From the NCBI GenBank assembly GCA_963753975.1, contig CAVWEH010000002.1, positions 320,001 to 384,000 on the forward strand: DNA of 64,000 bases, read 5' to 3'. Below are positions 30,744 to 40,078 of this stretch, in pieces (positions within the stretch are counted from its first letter, which is position 1; the number at the start of each line of letters is the position of its first letter). The DNA is from an uncultured delta proteobacterium. Its GTDB lineage: Bacteria; Desulfobacterota; Syntrophia; Syntrophales; Smithellaceae. Position numbers and translations under genes: made by a program. Below the pieces are notes generated by a model, which made no database searches, was not told the origin of the DNA, and saw only the letters and a program-made list of their open reading frames with translations.

Positions 30744-30794
30744 ATCATAAAGCAAGCATTGGAATTATTTCATGAGCTCGTTACTAGTTATTAT

Positions 30795-30905
30795 ACCCCT
30801 GCTTATGAGGGATAATTCGGCTAAAAAACTTCAATTCGCCTATAGTGACCTTTAGGTTATTCGCTTTTGAAGTTTGAGTCTCATTACCCTCCGCTGCGCG
30901 GGATT
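30795..30905 (-). repeat. Modular hairpin repeat unit (minus strand) with a nested 20-bp insert
   Basis: Reverse complement ...TAATGAGACT-CAAACTTCAA..TTGAAGTTT-TTAGCCGAATTATCCC..GGGG, the same grammar as 34433-34850. Confidence 0.75.
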
Positions 30906-30906
30906 G

Positions 30907-31032
30907 TTCAACTTACAGATATTATTGCACTGCGTTTGTGGAGCACCTCTGTAAGGAGCCAGAGGCCATCTTCAAAGACGTGACATCCCGTAACGGGATA
31001 ATATCTGAGTTTCATTAGAATTGGAGTTTCAC
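30907..31032 (+). repeat. ~126-nt structured dispersed repeat, copy 2
   Basis: Aligns with copies 1 and 3; ends 7 nt before the dnaB ATG. Confidence 0.92.
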
Positions 31033-31039
31033 TAATAAA

Positions 31040-32395
31040 ATGAGAGATATAGATCCATCTTTATACAAAGTTCCACCGCAAAATATCGAGGCCGAACAGT
31101 CTATTCTAGGCAGCATTCTCCTGGAAAACAGCGCCGTCAACAGCGCTCTGGAAATTCTTACCAAAGATGATTTCTATAACGAGGCACACCGCAAGATTTT
31201 TAGCGTCATCATCGAGCTTTCTGAAAAAAACGAAGCCGTGGACCTCATAACTTTAAGTAACGCCCTTAAAGATAAAAGCCTGTTGGATTCGGTCGGAGGC
31301 ACATCCTACCTCGCCTCTTTGGTAGATAACGTCCCCTCGGCGGCAAACGTTGCCAATTACGCAAAAATAGTCAAGGAAAAAGCGATTCTGCGCGGATTGA
31401 TCGGTTCGGCTACGGAAATCATCGGCAGTTGTTATGAACCCGGCTCCGACGTTGACGAGGTGCTGGATAAAGCTGAACACAGAATTTTTGAAATTTCCGA
31501 AAATAAAGTGCGTCCTTCTTTTTACCCGATTCGCGAGATAGTAAAGGATAGTTTCCGGTCAATCGAAGACCTTTTCTCGCGCAAAGAGCTGATTACCGGC
31601 GTGCCCACCGGTTTTGAAAGAATCGATGATTTGACTTCCGGCTTACAGAAATCCGAATTGATTATTGTCGCTGGACGTCCCAGCATGGGGAAAACCGCTT
31701 TCGCCCTGAACATCGCCCAGTTTGCCGCTATGGAAGCGCAAACACCCGCAGCTATCTTTTCTCTGGAAATGTCTAAAGAACAGTTGGCCTTCCGTATGCT
31801 GGCCTCGGAAGCTAAAGTCGATTCCCAGCGGCTGAGAAAAGGATTTTTAGGGGAGACCGATTGGCCGAAACTGACGACCGCCGCCGGCCGTCTTTCCGAA
31901 GCCCCACTCTTTATCGACGATACTCCCGCTATCACTGTTTTGGAAATGAAGGCTAAATCACGAAGGCTCAAAGCCGACACCGGACTGGGACTGATTATCG
32001 TGGACTATATTCAACTGATGCGTTCCGGCAGCTATCGCGAATCGCGCGAGCAGGAAATATCGGAAATCAGCCGTTCCTTAAAAGCGCTGGCCAAAGAGCT
32101 GCGAGTGCCGGTAATTGCCCTTTCCCAACTCAACCGCAAAGTGGAAGACCGCACCAACCGTCGCCCGCAAATGGCGGATTTAAGGGAATCCGGCGCCATC
32201 GAGCAGGACGCCGACGTTATCGCTTTTATTTACCGCGACGAAGTTTATAATAAATCGGAAGATAATACGGAAAAAGGATTAGCGGAAATTATCATCGCCA
32301 AACAAAGAAACGGCCCGACCGGGACCGTCAAACTTGCCTTTTTGGAAAAATTTACCAGCTTCGAAAATCTGACTAGAGCCGAAAGCACATCTTAA
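31040..32395 (+). CDS. dnaB: Replicative DNA helicase
   Basis: PPQNIEAEQS, AGRPSMGKT, FSLEMS, IVDYIQL, LSQLNR, LRESGAIEQDAD, KQRNGPTG. Confidence 0.98.
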   Translation: MRDIDPSLYKVPPQNIEAEQSILGSILLENSAVNSALEILTKDDFYNEAHRKIFSVIIELSEKNEAVDLITLSNALKDKSLLDSVGGTSYLASLVDNVPSAANVANYAKIVKEKAILRGLIGSATEIIGSCYEPGSDVDEVLDKAEHRIFEISENKVRPSFYPIREIVKDSFRSIEDLFSRKELITGVPTGFERIDDLTSGLQKSELIIVAGRPSMGKTAFALNIAQFAAMEAQTPAAIFSLEMSKEQLAFRMLASEAKVDSQRLRKGFLGETDWPKLTTAAGRLSEAPLFIDDTPAITVLEMKAKSRRLKADTGLGLIIVDYIQLMRSGSYRESREQEISEISRSLKALAKELRVPVIALSQLNRKVEDRTNRRPQMADLRESGAIEQDADVIAFIYRDEVYNKSEDNTEKGLAEIIIAKQRNGPTGTVKLAFLEKFTSFENLTRAESTS

Positions 32396-32509
32396 TTACA
32401 TATTATAAGTATCACGAAAAACCTTGAGCATAAATACTTCCGCATTTCAGAAGTTCTCGATTTACAGACTCAGACCGGCAAAATAATGATGATCGTTTTC
32501 CGCTAGGTG

Positions 32510-33301
32510 TCACGAACTCATTAAAGATGTGAGCATGCCGGCGAAAACCTCGGGTTTGATACTGACGTTTCCCGTAAACGGATAATCCAACACGATAATT
32601 GTAAAAAGAGTGAGCGCAATCATTGCGGCAAGAAGAGACGTCATTATTATATGCGGAACAAGATTTTCCGTACCAAACATCATAGTGAAGGCAATGGTAA
32701 TAAAACTGCCGGTGATGAGAACAAAATAGAGAAGCGGATGAATGCCGGAGCTCGCATAGACAATGCGGTGCCTCCTCATTTCTCCCGCCTCGTTCATTTT
32801 TTTCACGGATTCCATCAGAAATATTTTTTGCGTTTCGTTTTTCGGTTGAAAACTGCCATACAGAAGCCACAATTTTTCCTGTATTTTCTGCACTTTGGCA
32901 CTTCTCTGCCCCTTGGCCATAATCTGCCACTCGTCGTTGATAATGGCATTTACATAGTTAGTCAGTTCGCTTTTGAGCCGGGCGCGAAATCCGGCAGGGA
33001 AAGGGGTGGCGTCACGATAAAGAGACGCGATGCAATTAGCCTCATTATTCGTTACTTCACTTGCTTTGTCGAAATCCTGCCAGGTAATGATGACGGTGAA
33101 AGCAAGGAGAACTGCGTAAATTACGCCGAGGGCGGCAAAAATAAAACCGGCAATATCGTTGTGATGCTTGCATTTGCCATGCGGATAAAATTTCCGAATA
33201 ATGATAAGACCTATAATAGACAACGCTACATAGACGGCAACTATGAAAAAACCAAGCAGCGGCATCGGCACGTGGATGAGCAAAATTTGAATGAATGACA
33301 T
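32510..33301 (-). CDS. DUF4239 (bestrophin-like) membrane protein
   Basis: HNDIAGFIF..LGVIYAVLLAF, EA..LYR, LDYPFTG. Confidence 0.8.
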   Translation of the reverse strand: MSFIQILLIHVPMPLLGFFIVAVYVALSIIGLIIIRKFYPHGKCKHHNDIAGFIFAALGVIYAVLLAFTVIITWQDFDKASEVTNNEANCIASLYRDATPFPAGFRARLKSELTNYVNAIINDEWQIMAKGQRSAKVQKIQEKLWLLYGSFQPKNETQKIFLMESVKKMNEAGEMRRHRIVYASSGIHPLLYFVLITGSFITIAFTMMFGTENLVPHIIMTSLLAAMIALTLFTIIVLDYPFTGNVSIKPEVFAGMLTSLMSS

Positions 33302-33425
33302 AATTTTCTCCTCACAACTTGCAGTTTAAGAATGTATTACAATTAATCTCGAAGGTATTCTTTGGGAACACCATACGACGTTCCATTTAAAAGTTAATGT
33401 TTTTGTGCCACCGTTCCCGTACCCC

Positions 33426-34271
33426 CTATTTATCCGGCTTCAAATACGGCAGGGCCAGTTGCACCTTTTTCAGGGCTTGCTTTTCGATTTGGCGCGCCCT
33501 CTCCCGCGTTATGTTGAACTTATTGCCTATTTCCTGTAAGGTTTCGGGATTGTCCGCCATTACGCGATTGAGGATAATATAACTCTCTCTTTCGCTAAGC
33601 TTTTCCAGAGCGCTGGCAATATTGCGTTTAACCAAACTCCTTTCTTCATTTTTAATTAAAGCTACTTCCTGATTATCACCTTCATAAGCAAGCAAATCAA
33701 TATGTGCCGTATCTCCTTCGTCGCCGATAAACTCGTGCAAGGATACATCGCGCGAACCCATGCGCAAGTCCATTTCCGCCACTTCGGAACCTTTGACTCC
33801 CAGAGATTTGGCAATCTCGGCAAATTCCGGATTTTTTTTCGAGAGCGTCTGTAGTTGTTTTTTAGCCTGGCTCAATTTGAAGAAAAGTTTTCTCTGCGCC
33901 TGTGTTGTACCTATCTTAACTATGCTCCAGGACTTGATGAGATAATTTTGAATATAGGCGCGAATCCACCATACCGCGTAAGAAATGAGGCGATAGCCTT
34001 TATACGGATCAAATTTTTTCACGGCGTGAATAAGGCCGATATTGCCTTCCTGAATTAAATCGGCGAGTTTGAATCCGTAGTTGCGATATTCGTGGGCAAT
34101 CTTGACCACAAAGCGTAAATTAGAAACGACGAGCTTTTCGGCGGCTTCCATGTCATTGTGCTTTTTCAGGCGCACCGCGAATTTGAATTCCTCTTCCGGA
34201 GTTAAAAGCGGAAAGCGATTAATTTCCGCGATATATAAATCAAGAGTGCCGATTACTGCAGGCAGCTTCAC
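33426..34271 (-). CDS. rpoH: RNA polymerase sigma-32 family factor
   Basis: SNLRFVVKIA, DLIQEGNIGL, YAVWWIRA, RpoH box TTQAQRKLFFKL, TRERARQIE. Confidence 0.93.
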   Translation of the reverse strand: MKLPAVIGTLDLYIAEINRFPLLTPEEEFKFAVRLKKHNDMEAAEKLVVSNLRFVVKIAHEYRNYGFKLADLIQEGNIGLIHAVKKFDPYKGYRLISYAVWWIRAYIQNYLIKSWSIVKIGTTQAQRKLFFKLSQAKKQLQTLSKKNPEFAEIAKSLGVKGSEVAEMDLRMGSRDVSLHEFIGDEGDTAHIDLLAYEGDNQEVALIKNEERSLVKRNIASALEKLSERESYIILNRVMADNPETLQEIGNKFNITRERARQIEKQALKKVQLALPYLKPDK

Positions 34272-34432
34272 CGATCAGGCCTCCTTTAAACCTCTACGCA
34301 GCTTAAAGCTCGTGAATAATTGCGAAAATAAATTCTGAGCGTTAACAGACCCTCTTCTCAAAGCTCTATCCTTAATTGATTGCTCACAATAGGCTTTTAT
34401 CCAACTAAATTTTTTCGGTCAAGAAATATATT

Positions 34433-34850
34433 AATGAAACTCAAATTTCATGAGCGAAGCAAAATGAAATTTGTTAGTCGAATTAATCCCGCAAGCTAAG
34501 CACAGCGGGGTTAATGACACCGTCCTCGGAAGCAAAAGCGAACTGAAACTGGCTAGCTGAATTATCCCGTAAACACAACGGGATAATGAGGCTCAAATAT
34601 TACAAACATTGTACAGTAATATTTGCTAATGGAATCAATGACACTCAAATTTCAAAAGCACAGCGCATTGAAATTTGTAATTGGAATTAATCCCGCAAGC
34701 GAAGCGCAACGAGGTTAATGACACCATCTTCATGAGCGAAGCGAAATTAAATTTGCCAGTCGAATCAATGAGACTCGCTGAAGACGGACGGAGTTCCGTT
34801 TGAAGCGTAAGTGGAATTGATCCCGTCAGCGCAGCGTATCGGGATTTATG
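34433..34850 (+). repeat. Tandem array of six modular hairpin units
   Basis: AATGA(A/C/G)RC starts at 34433, 34513, 34585, 34637, 34717 and 34767; each has a variable stem ending in an AGTCGAAT-like motif; four carry an ATCCCG..CGGG-type hairpin. Confidence 0.85.
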
Positions 34851-34870
34851 CTTTAATAACAAGTCTCTTC

Positions 34871-34899
34871 TTGACAGGCAAACGATCAATGTTTATTCT
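34871..34899 (+). promoter_or_regulatory. Putative sigma70 promoter for the diadenylate cyclase
   Basis: TTGACA-17 nt-TATTCT. Confidence 0.6.
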
Positions 34900-34925
34900 A
34901 TAAACAAACCATCTAAGGGATTGAA

Positions 34926-35798
34926 ATGAAATCGATAAATAAAACCATGATTGAGCATGCCGTAAAAATTGCGTATGCCGTCAAGGCCGATTCATTGCTC
35001 GTCTGCGTTGATATCACACGGGATATTGCCGCGATAGCAGAAGAAATGAAAAAGCCTATCGGCGTAATTATCGTTACCCGTGAGGATGAAGAACTCTCCG
35101 AAGATATTAAGAAATTTGCCAAAAAATTGGATGTTCCCAACGTTAATCTGACCCGTGTGGGAAAAATTAAAATAGCTGTAGCCAAAGGAATAGTTTTAGG
35201 CTTTTTTAAAAGAGGAGATAAAATAGTCTGCTTGAGCGGTGTACCGAAGTTTGGTTATGCCGACAGCATCATTGTCATTGATGTCGGCAAAGAATTTGAA
35301 ATTTTAACATCTGATTTCATCAACGACGTTATCGAAAATGTTCAACCGGAAGTTTTTAACACTGCTCTGAATATCGCCTGTGAATTGGCTGCTCAAGGAC
35401 GCGAAAGCAAAAAAGCGGGAACAATCTTTGTGCTGGGGGATGATGAGAAAGTCATGCAGCTTTCCCAGCAAATGATTATCAATCCCTTTTTAGGATATTC
35501 GGAAGAGCAACTTAACATTTTGGATCCGGAACTCGAAGAAACGATCAAAGAATTATCGGCAATCGACGGCGCCTTTATCATCAAAGAAAACGGGGTCCTC
35601 GTTACCGCCGGAAGACATCTGAATGCCGCCGTGGACAGCCGTGATTTTCCGGCCGGTTTGGGGAGCCGCCATATCGCCGCCGCCGGTATCACTAACGTTA
35701 CCAAAGCACTGGCTATAGTCATTTCCGAATCTTCGGGAAATGTAACAGTTTTTAAAAACGGCAAACTTTTTGTCACTATTGAAAAGCCGGTAGAGTAA
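34926..35798 (+). CDS. Diadenylate cyclase, DacZ-like (N-terminal regulatory region + DisA_N/DAC domain)
   Basis: GRE..AGTIFVLGD, INPF.GY, KELSAIDGAF, GLGSRHIAAA, ISES. Confidence 0.85.
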   Translation: MKSINKTMIEHAVKIAYAVKADSLLVCVDITRDIAAIAEEMKKPIGVIIVTREDEELSEDIKKFAKKLDVPNVNLTRVGKIKIAVAKGIVLGFFKRGDKIVCLSGVPKFGYADSIIVIDVGKEFEILTSDFINDVIENVQPEVFNTALNIACELAAQGRESKKAGTIFVLGDDEKVMQLSQQMIINPFLGYSEEQLNILDPELEETIKELSAIDGAFIIKENGVLVTAGRHLNAAVDSRDFPAGLGSRHIAAAGITNVTKALAIVISESSGNVTVFKNGKLFVTIEKPVE

Positions 35799-35965
35799 TG
35801 AGACCAAAATTTCAGAAACGAAATGAATAACCTAAAGGTCATCTGCGACTAAAATTTGTTAGTCGTAGTGAGACTTTCTGAAAACGAGCATAACGAAGTT
35901 TGAAGAGTTAGTCGAACTATCCAATAGCCAAAGGCTATTGGAAATTATCCCGCAAAGCAGGGTAG
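35797..35965 (+). repeat. Two-unit cluster of the modular hairpin family with a nested 22-bp insert
   Basis: AATGAGAC..TTAGTCG, AGTGAGAC..TTAGTCGAA, TCCAATAGCC-AAA-GGCTATTGGA, ATTATCCCG..GGG. Confidence 0.8.
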
Positions 35966-35977
35966 TCAGGATAAACT

Positions 35978-38572
35978 ATGCGTTTTGATAAATTCACCTT
36001 AAAAGTCCAGGAAGCGATTCAGGAAGCACAGACGCTCGCTGGCTCCTACGGCCATCAAGCGATTGAGCCGGAACATCTGCTGGTTTCTTTTTTGCGGCAG
36101 GAAGAAGGCATTGTCGGAGCTATCCTCGAAAAGCTGGGCGCCCTGCCTAGTCAGATTGAACAGAAGCTTGTCGGTTTTCTCACAAAACAACCGCGCGTGG
36201 AGGGCTCCGCCACATCGGAAGCATATCTCTCCGGTCGCCTGAATAAAATTTTCGATAAAGCTCTCACCGAAGCCGCCCGTCTCAAAGACGAATACGTGAG
36301 CGCGGAACATGTTTTGATTGCGATAAGCGAAGAGAAAACCGGTGAAGCCGCAAAGATCTTACGTCAAGCGGGAGTGACCAAAGACAGTATCTTTAAAGTT
36401 TTGGTGGAAATCAGGGGCAATCAAAGAGTTACCGATCCTAATCCGGAAGGGAAATACCAAGCTCTGGAACGTTACGCCAAAGACTTCAATGAACTGGCTC
36501 GTAAAGGCTCTTTTGATCCGGTAATCGGGCGGGATGAAGAAATACGGCGCATCATGCAGGTGCTTTCGCGCCGCACAAAAAACAATCCGGTCTTGATCGG
36601 AGAGCCGGGTGTTGGAAAAACGGCGATTGTCGAAGGGTTGGCGCAACGCATTGTCAACGGCGATGTGCCGGAAAGTCTGAAAGACAAACGCGTAATCGGC
36701 CTCGATATCGGATCTTTGGTTGCCGGAGCGAAATATCGCGGTGAATTTGAAGAAAGGCTCAAAGCCGTTCTCAAAGAAGTTGTCGGTTCCAACGGTCAAG
36801 TCATTCTCTTTATCGATGAAATACATACTGTTGTCGGTGCGGGAGCCGCCGAAGGGTCAGTTGACGCCTCCAACATGCTCAAGCCCGCACTAGCGCGGGG
36901 CGAGTTACGCTGCGTCGGCGCCACGACACTTAATGAGTACCGGAAGTACATCGAAAAGGACGCCGCTTTGGAGAGGCGTTTCCAGCCTATTTTCGTCAAA
37001 GAGCCCACGGTCGAAGATACCATTGCCATTTTAAGAGGACTGAAAGAACGATACGAGGTGCATCACGGCGTCAGAATTAAAGATTCCGCAATCATCGCCG
37101 CCGCCACACTTTCCAACCGCTATATTTCCGACCGCTTTCTGCCCGATAAAGCGGTCGATCTTATTGATGAAGCGGCATCCCGTTTGCGAATAGAGCTCGA
37201 CAGCATGCCTTCGGAAATCGACGCCATTGACCGGAAAGTCATCCAACTGGAAATCGAACGACAATCCCTGAAAAACGAAACGGACAAAATCGCCAAAGAA
37301 AGACACAGCAAAATTGATAAGGAGCTGGCGGAGCTCAAAGAAAACATGAAGCAGATGAAATTGCACTGGTCTAATGAAAAGGATATTATAAAAAAGATTC
37401 AAAGCATTAAGAGCCAGGAGGAGGCATTAAAGATAGAAGAGACCAATGCCCAGCGCGAAGGCAATCTCGCCAAAGCCGCTGAAATCCGTTACGGAAAACT
37501 GGTAGCTTTGAACAAACAGTTACAAGAAGATCAGCTAAAACTTGAGGAAATCCAAAAAAACAAACAAATGCTCAAAGAAGAAGTGGATGCTGAAGACGTA
37601 GCCAAAGTCGTCTCCAACTGGACAGGTGTTCCGCTGGCGCGGATGATGGAAAGCGACGTACAAAAACTCATCCACATGGAAGAGCGGCTCAAACTGCGGG
37701 TTATCGGCCAGGATGAAGGTATTCAAGCGGTTTCTGCGGCGCTGCGGCGCGCACGCTCCGGACTGCAAGATCCCAACCGGCCCATCGGTTCATTTATTTT
37801 CCTGGGGCCGACCGGCGTCGGCAAAACCGAACTGGCACGCGCTTTGGCGAAATTCATGTTTGACAATGAGCAGGCGATGGTGCGCATTGACATGTCTGAA
37901 TACATGGAAAAACATGCCGTGGCCCGGTTAATCGGCGCCCCGCCCGGTTATGTCGGCTATGACGAAGGCGGTCATTTAACGGAAACCGTAAGACGCAAAC
38001 CTTATTGCGTCTTGCTGTTCGACGAAATCGAAAAAGCTCATCCCGACGTCTTCAATATTTTATTACAGATACTCGATGACGGGCGGCTCACCGACGGACA
38101 TGGCCGAACTGTCGATTTCAAAAACACAATCGTGATTATGACTTCCAACGTGGGCGGACAATGGATCCAGGATTCAATTTTGGACGAAAAGGAGAAACAA
38201 AACCGGTCAATGGAAGCCCTGCGCGCTACTTTCAAGCCGGAATTCTTAAACCGTATCGACGATATTATTATTTTCCGCACCTTGACGCCTGAAGATATCA
38301 ACCGCATTGTCGATATTCAATTGGCTCTTATTGATAAAAGGCTCAAAGACCGCAAACTCAGCATCGAATTGACAGATGAAGCAAAAAAATATATGGCTGA
38401 AGTCGGCTACAGCCCCGTATACGGCGCCCGCCCCCTCAAGCGTTCGTTGCAGAAAATGATTCTGGATCCGCTGGCGCTCGAAATACTGGCCGGTAAATTT
38501 ACTGAGGGAGATCGAGTTGTAGCAAGCTTATCTAAAAAAGGTGAAATAACTTTAACTAAGAAGCAGAAATAG
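35978..38572 (+). CDS. clpB: ATP-dependent chaperone ClpB
   Basis: Two AAA+ modules ([16 protein letters not shown]), long middle coiled coil, [14 protein letters not shown]. Confidence 0.98.
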   Translation: MRFDKFTLKVQEAIQEAQTLAGSYGHQAIEPEHLLVSFLRQEEGIVGAILEKLGALPSQIEQKLVGFLTKQPRVEGSATSEAYLSGRLNKIFDKALTEAARLKDEYVSAEHVLIAISEEKTGEAAKILRQAGVTKDSIFKVLVEIRGNQRVTDPNPEGKYQALERYAKDFNELARKGSFDPVIGRDEEIRRIMQVLSRRTKNNPVLIGEPGVGKTAIVEGLAQRIVNGDVPESLKDKRVIGLDIGSLVAGAKYRGEFEERLKAVLKEVVGSNGQVILFIDEIHTVVGAGAAEGSVDASNMLKPALARGELRCVGATTLNEYRKYIEKDAALERRFQPIFVKEPTVEDTIAILRGLKERYEVHHGVRIKDSAIIAAATLSNRYISDRFLPDKAVDLIDEAASRLRIELDSMPSEIDAIDRKVIQLEIERQSLKNETDKIAKERHSKIDKELAELKENMKQMKLHWSNEKDIIKKIQSIKSQEEALKIEETNAQREGNLAKAAEIRYGKLVALNKQLQEDQLKLEEIQKNKQMLKEEVDAEDVAKVVSNWTGVPLARMMESDVQKLIHMEERLKLRVIGQDEGIQAVSAALRRARSGLQDPNRPIGSFIFLGPTGVGKTELARALAKFMFDNEQAMVRIDMSEYMEKHAVARLIGAPPGYVGYDEGGHLTETVRRKPYCVLLFDEIEKAHPDVFNILLQILDDGRLTDGHGRTVDFKNTIVIMTSNVGGQWIQDSILDEKEKQNRSMEALRATFKPEFLNRIDDIIIFRTLTPEDINRIVDIQLALIDKRLKDRKLSIELTDEAKKYMAEVGYSPVYGARPLKRSLQKMILDPLALEILAGKFTEGDRVVASLSKKGEITLTKKQK

Positions 38573-38631
38573 AAATCACGGGGATAAACCCAAAGCAAAT
38601 TTGGGTTCATACCATTCGCTTTGTGGGACAA

Positions 38632-38757
38632 TTCAACTGACAGATATTACCGCAGTGCGCTTGTGGAGAACCTCTGTAAGGAGCCGAAGGCTATTTTCAA
38701 AGACATGACATTCCGTAATGGGATAATATCTGAGTTTCATTAGAATTGGAGTTTCAC
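38632..38757 (+). repeat. ~126-nt structured dispersed repeat, copy 3
   Basis: Aligns with copies 1 and 2; directly precedes the htpX SD. Confidence 0.92.
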
Positions 38758-38770
38758 AAATAAAAGGAGG

Positions 38771-39622
38771 ATGGAAATGGGGAACACTGTAAAAACCGCT
38801 CTTTTGCTCGGAGCTCTAACCGGATTATTGATGCTGGTCGGCGGCCTGATCGGCGGCCGCGGAGGCGTCTACATTGCTTTTATCTTGGCGATGATTTTAA
38901 ACTTCGGCAGTTACTGGTTTTCCGATAAAATCGTTTTGAAAATGTATCATGCTCAGGAAGTTTCCGAAAATTCAGCGCCCGGCCTTTTCGGCATTGTGCG
39001 CAATCTCGCTCTAAAAGCCCAATTACCGATGCCGCGGGTGTACATTATTCCCGAAGAGACAGCCAATGCCTTCGCCACGGGTCGCAATGAAAAACACGCC
39101 GTTGTTGCCGTCACCGAAGGAATCATGAGAATTTTGAACGAGGAAGAACTCGAGGGCGTAATTGCCCATGAGCTCTCCCATATTAAAAACAGTGATATGC
39201 TGATCGGCTCGATTGCCGCAACTCTGGCCGGCGCTATCGTCATGCTGGCGCACATGGCGCAATGGGCGGCAATTTTCGGCGGCGGCAGTGACGACGATGA
39301 CGGCGGAGGAATTATAGGGCTGATCGCCATGGCTATTCTTGCCCCTATTGCTGCTGCGCTCATCCAAATGGCGATTTCCCGTTCCCGCGAATATCTGGCG
39401 GATGCCAGCGGCGCGCGCATCACGAAAAATCCCTATGGCCTCGCCGGTGCGCTGGAAAAGCTCTCTCGGGCATCGCAAGTAATTCCCATGGATGCGAAGC
39501 CCTCTACCGCTCATTTATTTATCGTCAATCCGCTTTCGGGAAAATTGCTCATGAATCTTTTCAGCACTCATCCGCCTCTGGAAGACCGGATTGCCCGCTT
39601 AAAAAGCATGAAACCATACTAA
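38771..39622 (+). CDS. htpX: Zinc metalloprotease HtpX
   Basis: [28 protein letters not shown]. Confidence 0.97.
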   Translation: MEMGNTVKTALLLGALTGLLMLVGGLIGGRGGVYIAFILAMILNFGSYWFSDKIVLKMYHAQEVSENSAPGLFGIVRNLALKAQLPMPRVYIIPEETANAFATGRNEKHAVVAVTEGIMRILNEEELEGVIAHELSHIKNSDMLIGSIAATLAGAIVMLAHMAQWAAIFGGGSDDDDGGGIIGLIAMAILAPIAAALIQMAISRSREYLADASGARITKNPYGLAGALEKLSRASQVIPMDAKPSTAHLFIVNPLSGKLLMNLFSTHPPLEDRIARLKSMKPY

Positions 39623-39657
39623 AAACATTTTGCGCTGCAGTAATGGGAGGAATAACG

Positions 39658-40077
39658 ATGAATGAGAAGAAGAACAGGAAAAAGAAAGATTCGGGATTTG
39701 TGGTAAAAGATAAGCGTCTCTTTGCCGAATCGGATGAGCCGCGTCCAAAAGAAGAAGTAAAGCCTTCCGCTGCCGCAGAGGCGCCCAAACCTCAAGAATC
39801 CCCGGAGAGAGCAACCAACCCGGAGGCTGATTATCCACTGGTAAATTTTACTAATTTCGTCTTCTCCCTCAGCACTTCCGCTTTTTTTCATTTTGGCGAT
39901 TTTCCCGATTCTGAAGGCGGCGCGTCGCAAAAGAACTTGCCTGCCGCAAAACAAACTATTGATATTCTGGATATGCTCAATGAAAAAACAAAAGGCAACC
40001 TGGATGAGAACGAAAACAAATTAATTCAAAGTGTCCTTTATGAACTGAAGATGCGCTACGTCAAAGAAAAGGCATGA
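39658..40077 (+). CDS. DUF1844 domain protein
   Basis: GFVVKDKR, AKQTIDILDML..KTKGNL...E..L...LYELKMRYV; GGAGG RBS. Confidence 0.85.
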   Translation: MNEKKNRKKKDSGFVVKDKRLFAESDEPRPKEEVKPSAAAEAPKPQESPERATNPEADYPLVNFTNFVFSLSTSAFFHFGDFPDSEGGASQKNLPAAKQTIDILDMLNEKTKGNLDENENKLIQSVLYELKMRYVKEKA

Positions 40078-40078
40078 A

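Noticed and set aside
30907..31020. Hammerhead ribozyme reading of CTAATGA-stem-GAA on the minus strand
   Set aside because: The core would be CUAAUGA rather than CUGAUGA (G5A inactivates), GAAA is not conserved, and no stem I / UH cleavage site could be fitted.
34433..34850. CRISPR array interpretation of the tandem units (some contain ATGAAAC)
   Set aside because: There is no identical 23-47-nt repeat, unit length varies from 50 to 80 nt, the variable parts are related palindromes, and no cas genes are in the window.
34635..34889. 84-aa minus-strand ORF in the repeat array
   Set aside because: It lies within palindromic repeats, with no RBS or recognisable protein features.
38660..38705. 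Glycine riboswitch-like GGAGA-stem-CCGAAGG
   Set aside because: It lacks the UCUCAGG half, the motif is not kept in the other two copies, and the downstream genes are unrelated to glycine.
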